Notes under the pieces: model-generated
The model's input: the letters and a program-made list of their open reading frames with translations, nothing else
The model's database searches: none
Told to the model about the DNA's origin: nothing
IMG/VR virus record: IMGVR_UViG_2711768098_000003
Location: 20,517 to 84,516 of that record
From: a virus
Lineage: Duplodnaviria > Caudoviricetes
Direction: 5' to 3' (one strand)
DNA: 64,000 nucleotides
In this document: positions 1 through 8,977 of the stretch, in pieces
Layout: every line of letters starts with the position of its first letter
Position numbering within the stretch: the stretch's first letter is position 1
Program-made: the position numbers and the translations under genes

Positions 1-817
1 GGCGCATCGCCAACTGCACTTCACGCAGTGGGACGCCAGCGTCGATCGCATTGACGCAGAAACTGTGCCGGAACGTGTGCGGTGACACGTTCATTTGAAT
101 GCCGGTTTTGCGGACGATGCGTTTCGCGACGCGGTCGGCGGAGTGGCGGGTCATGCGTGTGCCGTCGCGGCGTAGCAGTAGAGCACCGGTTTTGCGGTCG
201 CCGATTGCACGGTCGATAGCGCGCATGACGACGGGTGGCTGCGGTGCAACTGCGATCTCGCCGCCCTTCTGCACGAACTGCATGATGCGGTGGCCTTGCG
301 AGTAGGACGTCACGTTTTCGACGTCCAGGCTGCACGCCTCCGACACGCGTAGCCCGGTGTAGCCCATGATGACCAGCAGCGCGTAGTCGGTTGCCGAGGA
401 TTCGTAGGCTTGATGGCAGACGGCCTGCATCTCGTTGCGGTCGAGGTGGATCTTCTCCCCTACGACTTGCCGGATCTTCGGCATTTTGAGGAGTCTCGCC
501 GGGTTTTTGGTGATGCAGTCGTCGTCGAGTGCGATCTCGTAGAACAGTCGGAGTGTGCCGATACGGTGCGAGATGGTGGATGGGCTGTTGCGGCGCTCGT
601 CGGCGAGGTAACGCATGTACACCTCGATGTGTTGGCGACGGGCGTCGAACACGTGGAGTCCGTGTCCGTCGCACCACCGCCGATACATCTTGAGGTCGTC
701 GCGGTATGAGATTTGGGTGTTGCCGTCCCATCGCATGAGGAATGCTTCGCAGAACAGGTCGAGGGAGAGTGCGTCTCGTCCGGTGTGCGGGATGGTGATG
801 TCCAGTGCTGCGGTCAC
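1..817 (-). CDS. XerC/D-like tyrosine recombinase, 3'-truncated by the window edge
   Basis: Not in the ORF track; translated by hand from GTG at 817: MTAALDITIP...YRDDLK...NPARLL...GYTGLRVSEA...QKGG...SPHTFRHSF...AGVPLREVQLAMR. Catalytic R, K and HxxR motifs are present. Confidence 0.92.
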   Translation of the reverse strand, partial: MTAALDITIPHTGRDALSLDLFCEAFLMRWDGNTQISYRDDLKMYRRWCDGHGLHVFDARRQHIEVYMRYLADERRNSPSTISHRIGTLRLFYEIALDDDCITKNPARLLKMPKIRQVVGEKIHLDRNEMQAVCHQAYESSATDYALLVIMGYTGLRVSEACSLDVENVTSYSQGHRIMQFVQKGGEIAVAPQPPVVMRAIDRAIGDRKTGALLLRRDGTRMTRHSADRVAKRIVRKTGIQMNVSPHTFRHSFCVNAIDAGVPLREVQLAMR

Positions 818-866
818 GGTTGGAGAAGCTAGCAGCGTTTGCGTGTTGGCTTCCTAGTCAAATCTC

Positions 867-949
867 AGATACCCACTTGGTGTTATGTGCCGCTTCGATC
901 GCCTGACAGAAACGTGACAATCGCCTGTTAACTGTCACGTTCTCTGTCA
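867..949. promoter_or_regulatory. Candidate recombination/regulatory site upstream of the left recombinase
   Basis: Imperfect dyad AGATACC-N8-GTTATGT at 867-888, plus inverted repeat TGACAGAAACGTGACA (904-919) / TGTCACGTTCTCTGTCA (933-949). Confidence 0.4.
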
Positions 950-959
950 TGCTGACCGG

Positions 960-1172
960 ATGCTCTACTGGATTCTCGGCGGTGTCGCCGTTTGGGTCGT
1001 CATCGCCGTGATCGCGGTGTACTGGCTTGGGCGGACCATCTCGCACACCGACCTCGAAGAATCCGCCGCCGAGCTTCGACGAGCCGAGCGAACCGACCAG
1101 GCGCACGGTGCTACGCGGCCACTACGACCTTCAGATCATCGAGCACAAGGGAGTCGGAAGACGCTGAGTTGA
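960..1172 (+). CDS. Small single-pass membrane protein
   Basis: Strongly hydrophobic N-terminus (LYWILGGVAVWVVIAVIAVYWL). The 3' end overlaps the convergent gene by about 60 nt. Confidence 0.5.
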   Translation: MLYWILGGVAVWVVIAVIAVYWLGRTISHTDLEESAAELRRAERTDQAHGATRPLRPSDHRAQGSRKTLS

Positions 1173-4100
1173 ATCCCGCGATTCCGACGAGTGCGCCAGT
1201 GAGCACGTCGGTGTCTGTGGCGGAGTAGACAACGGTCCCGTTCTTCAGCAGTTGCAGCGCAGACCCAACCACCCGCACACCTACCGTGTCGCCGTCCGCC
1301 AACGGGAAAGACGATCCCGAGAAGGTCGTGGTCGTGGACCCGACCCGCTTGCGTAGATCGAACGCAGCCGACCCGATCCGAAGGCGGATGGAGGTGGAGT
1401 TCCCGGCCTGCCGCCTGACATCGAGGTACACCGACGTTCCAGTCGAAGCGGGGCGGGTGACGACCTTGACCGATGCTTCGACGTCCGAAGACGGCATCGG
1501 CGCTGTGGCGGACGGGGCCTCCCCTGCCACCAGTGACAGCGTGAGCGCACCGTTGACGGTGTATCGACCGAGAGGCGTGGCCGTCCACGAGGCCGCGGTG
1601 CCGCCTGCGTTCGAGTCCGTCGATCGACCGTTGAGTTCTCCCGTACCGGAGAATCCATCACTGAGCACCGTGGTGCCTATGGCCGGATTGCCGAGCACGT
1701 CGACCCATCCGAGTTCGAGCAGCTTCGCACCGACGAGCTTGGCGACTGCGTTGTACCCGGTGTACGACAGGTGCGCATCGTCGTCCGCCAACGACGGGGG
1801 CATGACGCCGTTGGCCTGAGCGGCGAGGTCCGCGGACGTGGGTGTGATACCGGTGTCGGTCCACACCTTCGATCCGGTGATGTACGCGCCGACGTCGAGG
1901 TACTTGTCCCCGTACGTCTGCCGGTACACCTCGTTCACGCGGGCAGTCTGCGCGACACGATCGGCTGCCCAGTTCTGATTGCAGAAGTGACCCAGGACCA
2001 GCCGGCGTTTGGCGAAAGCGCCGACCTGCTTCCAATGCTTCGCGGTGTAGTCGACGACCCTCTTCTCCTCCTCGGCGCTGAGCGTTCCGAGGTTGTTCTT
2101 ACCGACCCACAGCAGGGCCGCATTGTCGCGGCGAGTGACTCCGACCGACGAGAGGAACGGAGCCGGTGCTGCGACCGCGACAGCGCTCCCCGACGTCGTG
2201 CGGGTGAAGGTGTACCCCGGCGTCGGGGTGGCGGTGTACGCCAGGGTTCCCGCGATACCTGCCAGGGTGCCGTCGATGGTGACGGTGGAGTACACCGGAA
2301 AACTGTTGGCGATGGTGACCGCTACCGACCCCGACGCGGGAATCGATCCACCGACCGGCTGCACGAGAACGGGAACCGCGTTGGCCTTGGCTGCCGAGTG
2401 TTGGATCTCCTCGCCGCCGATGCCCTGCGAGTAGACCGGGATGCCGAGTACCGACTGCAGTGCACCCTGAGACACGAGACGCTGAGCGCTCGACGAACCC
2501 CACACCGCGACACCAGGGGCAGGTTGCACCGGCGAGACGTACCCAGTCGTGAGGTCGATGCACAGCCATGTCCCGGCCGTGTTGTGAAACAGCGCGAAAT
2601 CGCCGATGACTGCGGGGGTGTCGGTGATGTCGAGGCCGGTGGCGATCTGCTTTTCCGCTGCACCGTTGGCGAAGTTGGTCGCGTAGAGGGTCGACCCGTC
2701 CCGCCTGACGATGAAACGGTTGGCATCGACGGGCACTGCGGGGGTCTGCCATGCGACACCGGTGCCGGTCTTGGCGAGTACCTGCCCAGTCGCACCGCCC
2801 GCGGGAGTCGTCAGCTTCGAGTCGACGTCGATCGGCCCGGACATGATCTCGGAGGACGTCGCGACTGCGATTCCCTTCGACGCGATGTAGTCGATGAGAG
2901 CCGTGAAGTCGGCGACGGACCAGGAGTTGACACTGCCGGTGCTGTCGAGGGTGTGGAAGACGAGGTTGATCCAGCACTTTTCGGTGGTCGCGGAGTCGAC
3001 GAGTGCTTTCGCCGAGGCGAGGTCACGGCTACTTCCCAACGCGGCCGCGGGTACCGCCCAGCGTGCAGCGGCAGGTAGCTGCGAGTGTCGTCCGTCGTTG
3101 GTGCGGGCGAATCCGTAGTACTGCGAGACCAGGCGTTGCAACGGTGCGTCGAAGTTGCCTACCGGGTAGGCGAACGCGGACGACTCCACGCCGAGGCTGC
3201 GCTGCCACTGCCGCAACTGCGTGAGCATCGTACGGACCTCGGCCTCGGGTATGCCGACTCGGGACGCGTGTTCACCGGCTGTCATGCAGTGTCCGCCGAC
3301 GTCCCATCCGTGAGCGTCATGGAGCGTGCGCACCTGCGCCTCGGTGAGGTAACTCGGACCCGATCCCACACGTGAGACCACCGGGTACAGGGTGGCGCGG
3401 TAGCCGTACTTTCCGAGAACCTGGCGGGCGACCGTCCACGCTTCGATGTAACTGTCGTCGAAGTCGATGCTGACCACGCCGTTCGGGAATCGTGAGTCCC
3501 CCTCGACGTAGGTCGCGACCCCGCCCAGCTTGAGTCCGACTGTATTGCCGGATCCGATGTCTCGGACGCTCACCTGGGCGGTGGTCAGACCGACGCGGAG
3601 GGGCGCTCCTGAGCTGACGGAGAAGTTCGCCCAGGGGATGATGAGCGGTACCCACTCGTTCTCGCGGAGGGACGACTTGCCGCCCGAGGGTACCGAGACG
3701 GTCGCGCGCCACGAATCGGTCATGGCCGACGTCGTCGCGAGGTAGACGTCGAAGGTCGACAGGTTTTGCATGTTGACGGCTTTGACCCAGAGCACGAGGC
3801 CGCGGCCGTTCATGTCCAGGTTCAGGCTGACGTTCTTCAATCCAGCGGTGGCCCCGTCTCCGAGGGTGACCGTGGAGATGCAGCGAGTTCCGATTGCGAA
3901 GTCTGTGGTGTCCGATGGTGTGGGGGTCTGCGCGCCCACTCCGCCCCAGCCGTGGGCTGCGGCCTGGAACGGACTGATGATGGTGGTGCGCGGCCAGAAG
4001 CGGGGCGAAGGCGCGGGTGGGGAGACGATCGAAGTCGACGCATAACGGGTATTACTGAGTTCACGTTCCTGATCGAGGATCACGTTCAACTCAGCAACGT

Positions 4101-4203
4101 CAACCGCATCCTCAATACCCGCCTCAATACGATTGAGCTCCTCCGCAGTAATCGGAGTCGACGTATCAGGCTTGTTCTTCCATAGCTTTCGAATGAATGC
4201 CAA
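1111..4203 (-). CDS. Multidomain virion-associated protein: polysaccharide deacetylase (NodB/CE4) + SGNH-like esterase + C-terminal beta-sandwich
   Basis: Phage-type N-terminus (WKNKPDTSTPITAEELNRIEAGI); CE4 motifs DFDDSY, GGH...H, FAYPVG, LVFH; SGNH-like WGSSS, GKNN, DDAH. Confidence 0.75.
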   Translation of the reverse strand: MAFIRKLWKNKPDTSTPITAEELNRIEAGIEDAVDVAELNVILDQERELSNTRYASTSIVSPPAPSPRFWPRTTIISPFQAAAHGWGGVGAQTPTPSDTTDFAIGTRCISTVTLGDGATAGLKNVSLNLDMNGRGLVLWVKAVNMQNLSTFDVYLATTSAMTDSWRATVSVPSGGKSSLRENEWVPLIIPWANFSVSSGAPLRVGLTTAQVSVRDIGSGNTVGLKLGGVATYVEGDSRFPNGVVSIDFDDSYIEAWTVARQVLGKYGYRATLYPVVSRVGSGPSYLTEAQVRTLHDAHGWDVGGHCMTAGEHASRVGIPEAEVRTMLTQLRQWQRSLGVESSAFAYPVGNFDAPLQRLVSQYYGFARTNDGRHSQLPAAARWAVPAAALGSSRDLASAKALVDSATTEKCWINLVFHTLDSTGSVNSWSVADFTALIDYIASKGIAVATSSEIMSGPIDVDSKLTTPAGGATGQVLAKTGTGVAWQTPAVPVDANRFIVRRDGSTLYATNFANGAAEKQIATGLDITDTPAVIGDFALFHNTAGTWLCIDLTTGYVSPVQPAPGVAVWGSSSAQRLVSQGALQSVLGIPVYSQGIGGEEIQHSAAKANAVPVLVQPVGGSIPASGSVAVTIANSFPVYSTVTIDGTLAGIAGTLAYTATPTPGYTFTRTTSGSAVAVAAPAPFLSSVGVTRRDNAALLWVGKNNLGTLSAEEEKRVVDYTAKHWKQVGAFAKRRLVLGHFCNQNWAADRVAQTARVNEVYRQTYGDKYLDVGAYITGSKVWTDTGITPTSADLAAQANGVMPPSLADDDAHLSYTGYNAVAKLVGAKLLELGWVDVLGNPAIGTTVLSDGFSGTGELNGRSTDSNAGGTAASWTATPLGRYTVNGALTLSLVAGEAPSATAPMPSSDVEASVKVVTRPASTGTSVYLDVRRQAGNSTSIRLRIGSAAFDLRKRVGSTTTTFSGSSFPLADGDTVGVRVVGSALQLLKNGTVVYSATDTDVLTGALVGIAGFNSASSDSLVLDDLKVVVAA

Positions 4204-4290
4204 AACGATGTCCTATCAATAAGATCGAGTGGCAGCTATGGGCTGCCCCACGCCTAACCCACGCTGCAACTACTACGGGTAGACGTCGGA

Positions 4291-4315
4291 GCCGGGGAGA
4301 ACGCTGCTCCCCGGC
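4291..4315 (-). terminator. GC-rich hairpin downstream of the major tail gene
   Basis: GCCGGGGAG / CTCCCCGGC 9-bp stem about 10 nt after the stop codon. Confidence 0.5.
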
Positions 4316-4325
4316 ACCAAGGGCA

Positions 4326-4991
4326 TTAAGGGGTTGCAAGCTCGAAACCGAACTTTTCGATCTTGTTCTTCCAACCCAGACCACCGAAGCCATGACCGAC
4401 CGCGAAACCAGCCGTGTCATCCTTGAACGCAGTCAACGTCAACTTCTGGCCGAGCGACGTCGACGGAGTCCAGTTCTCGCCATCGAAGTTCGACACAGCG
4501 ACCTTCGGCAAAACCTTGAACACGTAGATCGGCTCCTCATCGGAACCGTCCTGGCCGATGACGATCGCACTGTAGTAGCGGATGCTCGGCGCGGTCGGCT
4601 GCGCGAAAAACACTTCACCGGACTCGGCGTCGCCCTTCACCGCATCCAAATCAGCGGCAGTCGTCAACTCGAGAACCAGCTTGTTGGTTTCCTGCGGCGT
4701 GAACGCGAACGTCGTCGAATCCGCGGTGATGTCCATGCGAGTCGGCTGCATCTCACCGTACGACTCCAGGTTCGACGTTTCCGTCGACCGGGCGAACGCG
4801 ATACCGTCAGCCTTCGCGAAATGCCCGACCGGAACATACGCGGCCGGCAACGTCTGCAACGCCGAATTCGAGGACGTGAACGCAGTCGGATGCGGCGTGT
4901 AATGCGGGGCCAGCCAAATGCCCGCGTCGAGCGGCTTCAGCAGGACTTCAGACTTGGCTGCCTTCAACAGAGACAGGGAGGTGTCCACCAT
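4326..4991 (-). CDS. Major tail protein
   Basis: 221 aa; GHFAKADGI...ESYG...PTRMDIT...FTPQET...LTLTAFKD pattern typical of actinophage tail tube proteins; follows the neck genes. Confidence 0.85.
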   Translation of the reverse strand: MVDTSLSLLKAAKSEVLLKPLDAGIWLAPHYTPHPTAFTSSNSALQTLPAAYVPVGHFAKADGIAFARSTETSNLESYGEMQPTRMDITADSTTFAFTPQETNKLVLELTTAADLDAVKGDAESGEVFFAQPTAPSIRYYSAIVIGQDGSDEEPIYVFKVLPKVAVSNFDGENWTPSTSLGQKLTLTAFKDDTAGFAVGHGFGGLGWKNKIEKFGFELATP

Positions 4992-5075
4992 GGTGGCTCC
5001 TTCAGGTTTTAGGGTCGGCGAAACACACCCGGCGTCGCGGGTGGCGAGGAATGCCGAAAAGTGATGCGAGAGGGG

Positions 5076-5498
5076 TTAGAACTGCCGCCGGAACGACATG
5101 ACGAAGGCGACCTGTACGGTGCGGTTCATCGGATCCAAGTCCGGGATTTCCAACGGTGCAGCCATTTCGCCGACGTCGTCGACGAGGACACCGTTGACGC
5201 GGGTGCGTGCAGCCGCCATCGCGGCTTTGCGGGCGAGGCGGGCATACTGTTGCGCTTCACGGCGAGTGTCGGCGAACACCGTGAACTGGACCATCGCGTT
5301 GTCGGTGATTTCGCTGCCGTCGAGGGCGCCACCGGTGCGGCGCGCCCAAATCAGCGGCATCAACTCATGCAACTGCTCTTCTTTTACGGGCAGGACTGTG
5401 ACGGTGCGGATGATCGGCGACAGCAAGTCGACGAGAACCTCTTCGACGTCAGGGAATTCGCCGTACTCCGGATACTCTTGGTCGGGATGCCCCATCAC
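5076..5498 (-). CDS. Tail terminator protein
   Basis: FPDVEEVL...RRTGG pattern; position directly before the major tail gene. Confidence 0.7.
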   Translation of the reverse strand: MMGHPDQEYPEYGEFPDVEEVLVDLLSPIIRTVTVLPVKEEQLHELMPLIWARRTGGALDGSEITDNAMVQFTVFADTRREAQQYARLARKAAMAAARTRVNGVLVDDVGEMAAPLEIPDLDPMNRTVQVAFVMSFRRQF

Positions 5499-5803
5499 GC
5501 CTCCTTGATTGCGGCTGTGGAACGCCGCAGGACACGTTCGGGTGCGTTGTATCGGGTGCCGATTTCACGCCATTTCGCGTAGTAGCCGTGCGTGTAGATG
5601 ATGGCGACGTCGCGGCCGGTGTGACGGCCTGCCCCTTCGCCTTCAAGGACGCGGACACTGGAAGCGTTGAATCCGGTGCGGATGCGTGAGTTCATCGTCC
5701 AAAACGTTGCCCCGGCTTGCGCTTTGCGCCGCAGAATCGTTTTCAGGCGGTCGTTGCCGCGTAAGGCTCGTTCAAAGTTGGAGCCTGCAGGGTTGTAGCG
5801 CAC
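5495..5803 (-). CDS. Neck/tail-completion protein (HK97 gp10-like)
   Basis: Likely GTG start at 5803 coupled to the upstream stop; RTG and EIGTRYNAPERVLRR motifs. Confidence 0.65.
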   Translation of the reverse strand: MRYNPAGSNFERALRGNDRLKTILRRKAQAGATFWTMNSRIRTGFNASSVRVLEGEGAGRHTGRDVAIIYTHGYYAKWREIGTRYNAPERVLRRSTAAIKEA

Positions 5804-6159
5804 TACACCACCACCTTCAGTGTGAAGTGGATGAATGGCGCCCAGTTGGTGAACGGGTTGACGGGCCGTTCGATGTCGGAGGTGATCGTCGCGACCATGC
5901 CGTTCGGGAGTTTCACCCGATCGGTTTTGCGGATGTCGGAGTCGGCGGGCGCATTGACGTTGACTGTGTCGGTTGCCCGTCCGTCGCCGAGCGCACTGCT
6001 GCGCGTCGACGAGGTCGGGATATCGCATGGCCCGATCGGATGTGAATCCGCCCAACCACCAGCACCGCCGCCGATAGGGTCACCGTGCGCATCGAGTTCC
6101 GGTTGACGCTGCACAATAAGCATCGCGCCCGCAGGGAAACGCATGTCACCCACAGTCAT
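5803..6159 (-). CDS. Head-to-tail stopper (head closure) protein
   Basis: ATGA-coupled start at 6159; DAHGDP, DIRKTDRV and NPFT motifs; synteny. Confidence 0.7.
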   Translation of the reverse strand: MTVGDMRFPAGAMLIVQRQPELDAHGDPIGGGAGGWADSHPIGPCDIPTSSTRSSALGDGRATDTVNVNAPADSDIRKTDRVKLPNGMVATITSDIERPVNPFTNWAPFIHFTLKVVV

Positions 6160-6575
6160 CCCACCCACGGCATGTGAGAGATGAGGCCCGCATTCTTCAA
6201 CACGCGCCGGGCACCCGGGCACACTGTGTCGACGGCAGCTTTCACTTCCTGCTGCGTAATCCCCGTCGCATACGAGACAGAGCCTCCGCCCGCAGACTGC
6301 GACGTGATGATCGGCTCCTGCCCGACAGTGCCGGCCTCGGGATCGATTTTCGCTTTCGCCCACAACACGACCTGGCGTAGTGTGGCGCGTTTGAACGCTT
6401 TCCGCACTTTCGGATCCGTGGGCATACCATCGTCGTCGACGGCATACCGGGCGAGAGTGGTTTCCTCGGTGATCATTTCGGAGGCGTAGCGGATCAACGC
6501 GGCCGCATTGGAGGGCACGGACGGAAGCCACTCTTCGGTCAGATCGGATGGTTCTGCGTAGATGGGTTCATCCAC
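6156..6575 (-). CDS. Head-to-tail adaptor
   Basis: YAEPSDL, ASEMI, SAGGGSVSY and LKNAGL motifs; synteny after the capsid gene. Confidence 0.75.
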   Translation of the reverse strand: MDEPIYAEPSDLTEEWLPSVPSNAAALIRYASEMITEETTLARYAVDDDGMPTDPKVRKAFKRATLRQVVLWAKAKIDPEAGTVGQEPIITSQSAGGGSVSYATGITQQEVKAAVDTVCPGARRVLKNAGLISHMPWVG

Positions 6576-6597
6576 CGTCCGTGCACCTCATTTTCAG

Positions 6598-7029
6598 TTA
6601 TGCGAACCAGGCTGCGATCGTCTTGGTTTTGACGCCTTTGAGCTCGTCGGCGGTTTTGCCGTTGGCGAGGGCGTAGGCGATCCATTCGTCGCGGTCGTCC
6701 TGCCCAGTGCCGGTAGGCTTCGGATGCAGAATTTCAGCGAGTTCGCTGTTCAACGTTTCGACAGCCTGCGGAGTCTTGTCTTCCGCTGCGAGTTCGCTTT
6801 TCAGTTCAGCGAGTGTTTCGGCGGCTTCGACGTGCGCATCGGCTAGTCCAGTGGCAGCACTGTCCACGGTTTCGGTGGCGCGAACCACGACCGCGTCAGC
6901 ATCCACGGTTTCTGCGGGAGCGCTCAGCTCCACCACGGTGCGGGTCCAGCGGGCCAAGCCCTCGAGATGCTCGAGCTGATGCTCGGACTCGACGACCTGG
7001 CCGCTGACATTCTCGTAGCGGTAAGGCAT
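6598..7029 (-). CDS. Hypothetical head-region protein
   Basis: 143-aa ORF between capsid and adaptor, with a C-terminal EWIAYA...DEL module. Confidence 0.6.
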   Translation of the reverse strand: MPYRYENVSGQVVESEHQLEHLEGLARWTRTVVELSAPAETVDADAVVVRATETVDSAATGLADAHVEAAETLAELKSELAAEDKTPQAVETLNSELAEILHPKPTGTGQDDRDEWIAYALANGKTADELKGVKTKTIAAWFA

Positions 7030-7098
7030 ACGTCAGTTCCCAGAGGGGAAGACATCGTTTCCGGGCATCAAACTGTCACCCGGAAACGACCCTTCTCC

Positions 7099-8022
7099 TC
7101 AAGCCTTGTCGTTGCCCTTGAGCAGGACCGCGCGGTTCGGATCCAACGTCTTCACACCGAACAGGGTGTCCAGCGAGACGATGGTCTCCTTGGTGTGAAT
7201 GTCGTACTGGTAGGCGACGCGGATGGTGAGGCCCTTGTATGCCTGCACCGATGCGAACGAGCCGGGTGCGACGGACAGTGGCGCGGACGCGAAGCAGAAC
7301 GCGGTCTCGTGGAATGCGACACCAACCTCGGTGGTCGGATCGCCGGCGAGCTGAGAGCCAACGAGCTTCGGCTGCCCGACATTCTGCGTCTGGTAGGCGT
7401 CGAAGCCGAACAGGTCATCACCGATGGATGCCTTACGGAGGGCGTCGGTGCTGTCGGAGCGGTTCGCGAACTTCAGCATATCGCTGTTGAGCCACTGCGC
7501 CTTCGTGGTCGGGCCGGTGACCGCGTTACGGCCATCGGTCGGCACGTTGCGGATGTCGAGCTGGCGGCCCGCCTCGATGAGAACCTCAGGCTTGTTCCAT
7601 TCGAAACCGGTCTGCGTGGACAGGCCTGCTTCCTGCGTGACATCGTCGCGGAGACCGAGGATCGCGCGGTCGATGTCCTGCGCGATCGCGACCATGGCGG
7701 GGCTGAGGAGCTGCGAGTCGAAGTCCTCGATGTCGAGGGTGAGCTGCTCGGAGGTGACGGCGAACGACACATCCGAGATCTCGTCGAGCTTGACGGGGAT
7801 GGACGACTCGGTTGCATTCTGCAACTCGATTCCGTTGGCCCGGTTGAAGCGCTTCGCCGTGAACACGGCGGGCTTGCGGACGTTGATCGTGTCACCGATC
7901 TTCTGCGACGTGAACTCAGTCGACAGGTCGGTGTAGACGAGGGGAACCATGACCAGCGACTCGTAGAGGGTCGCGAGTGCCTGCTTGGCGATGAGGTCAG
8001 GGGTCAGGAGAACGTTAGCCAT
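7099..8022 (-). CDS. Major capsid protein (P22 coat-like family)
   Basis: MANVLLTPDLIAKQAL...GDTINVRKP...SLDTLFGVKTLDP; strong RBS (AGGAG); follows the scaffold gene. Confidence 0.9.
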   Translation of the reverse strand: MANVLLTPDLIAKQALATLYESLVMVPLVYTDLSTEFTSQKIGDTINVRKPAVFTAKRFNRANGIELQNATESSIPVKLDEISDVSFAVTSEQLTLDIEDFDSQLLSPAMVAIAQDIDRAILGLRDDVTQEAGLSTQTGFEWNKPEVLIEAGRQLDIRNVPTDGRNAVTGPTTKAQWLNSDMLKFANRSDSTDALRKASIGDDLFGFDAYQTQNVGQPKLVGSQLAGDPTTEVGVAFHETAFCFASAPLSVAPGSFASVQAYKGLTIRVAYQYDIHTKETIVSLDTLFGVKTLDPNRAVLLKGNDKA

Positions 8023-8044
8023 GTAGGGCTCCTAAAGAAGTGGG

Positions 8045-8812
8045 TTACTTGCGTCCGCGGCCGCGTCGTTCGCGGCGGGACTTGATGAGCTCGTCGATCG
8101 ACGAGTCGTCGCCGAGTGGCTTGCTAGCTCCGTTACCTGCGGACAGGTCGGCGCCGGATCGTCCGGCGGCGGGGCGGGGCTGTTCCTTACGGAACTTCGG
8201 GTTTGCCTGCAGCGCAGCGGAGACCGCGGCGTCGACTTGTGCCGTGTAGTCGGCGGCGGAATGGTCGAGGGCTGCGAGAGTCTTCGACAGTTCCTTCGAG
8301 TCGGAGAGACTGTTGAAGTCGCCGTCGTTCGCTACTGCGGCGTCACGGAGTGCGTTGTGCTCGGTGAGTTCGCGGAGGCGGCGGGCGGTTTCGGTTTCCC
8401 GTTGGGCGACGGCATCACGGTCAGCGGTGAGCTGGGCGATGATGTCTTCAGGCTTGGGTGCTTCGTCGTTGTCTTTGATGAGGCCGAGTTCGCGGCCCCA
8501 CTTTTCGACGAGGCCCTGCTGTGTTTCGGCGGCAGCTTTTTCAGCGGCTTCCTTCGCAGCTTTTTCGGCCTTCTCGTTGCCTTTGACCCGTGCGGCAGCG
8601 TTTTCGCGGCGTAGCTTTTCGATTTCCTTGCGGAGGATCGCGGGGTCGTCGATGGGTTCGCTGGCGGCTGCGGCGTCCGGTTCTACCGTTGCGGCATCGT
8701 CTGCGGCGGGTTCGACTGCGGGTTCCGGTTCCACCGTCACTGCGGGTTCGACGGCTGGTGTGGCCGCCGTTTCCGGGGTGATGTCGGTGGGGGTGACTGT
8801 GCTGTCAGACAT
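8045..8812 (-). CDS. Capsid scaffolding protein
   Basis: Acidic P/A/T-rich N-terminus, coiled coil IEKLRRENAAARVK, RSGADL C-terminus; likely start MSDST at 8812. Confidence 0.8.
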   Translation of the reverse strand: MSDSTVTPTDITPETAATPAVEPAVTVEPEPAVEPAADDAATVEPDAAAASEPIDDPAILRKEIEKLRRENAAARVKGNEKAEKAAKEAAEKAAAETQQGLVEKWGRELGLIKDNDEAPKPEDIIAQLTADRDAVAQRETETARRLRELTEHNALRDAAVANDGDFNSLSDSKELSKTLAALDHSAADYTAQVDAAVSAALQANPKFRKEQPRPAAGRSGADLSAGNGASKPLGDDSSIDELIKSRRERRGRGRK

Positions 8813-8977
8813 GTGGTGTTGCCCTTCTGCCGCGCCTGGCGGACATGAAGAAGCCCCCGGCCACTTGTGGGTGTTCGGGGGCTGCGGAAATTTGTGTGGG
8901 AGCCCTGCGTCAGGCAGGGTTTGGTGCACCGCTGCTACGGCGGCTCCAGGCCGTGTAGTGCGGAAATTTGTGGGGTG

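Noticed and set aside
21-731. 236-aa Arg-rich minus-strand ORF in the track
   Set aside because: Off-frame shadow of the real tyrosine recombinase (1-817), which lacks a stop inside the window.
1771-3078. 435-aa plus-strand ORF (likewise 6967-8085, 38505-39881, 46600-47838 and similar)
   Set aside because: Antisense shadows of high-GC genes with no recognisable motifs. Unlike 9314-10219, they show no domain signature and no boundary matching a mobile element.
4204-4325. Tail assembly chaperone with programmed frameshift
   Set aside because: Only about 120 nt separate the major tail gene from the next gene; no chaperone ORF or slippery site is visible.
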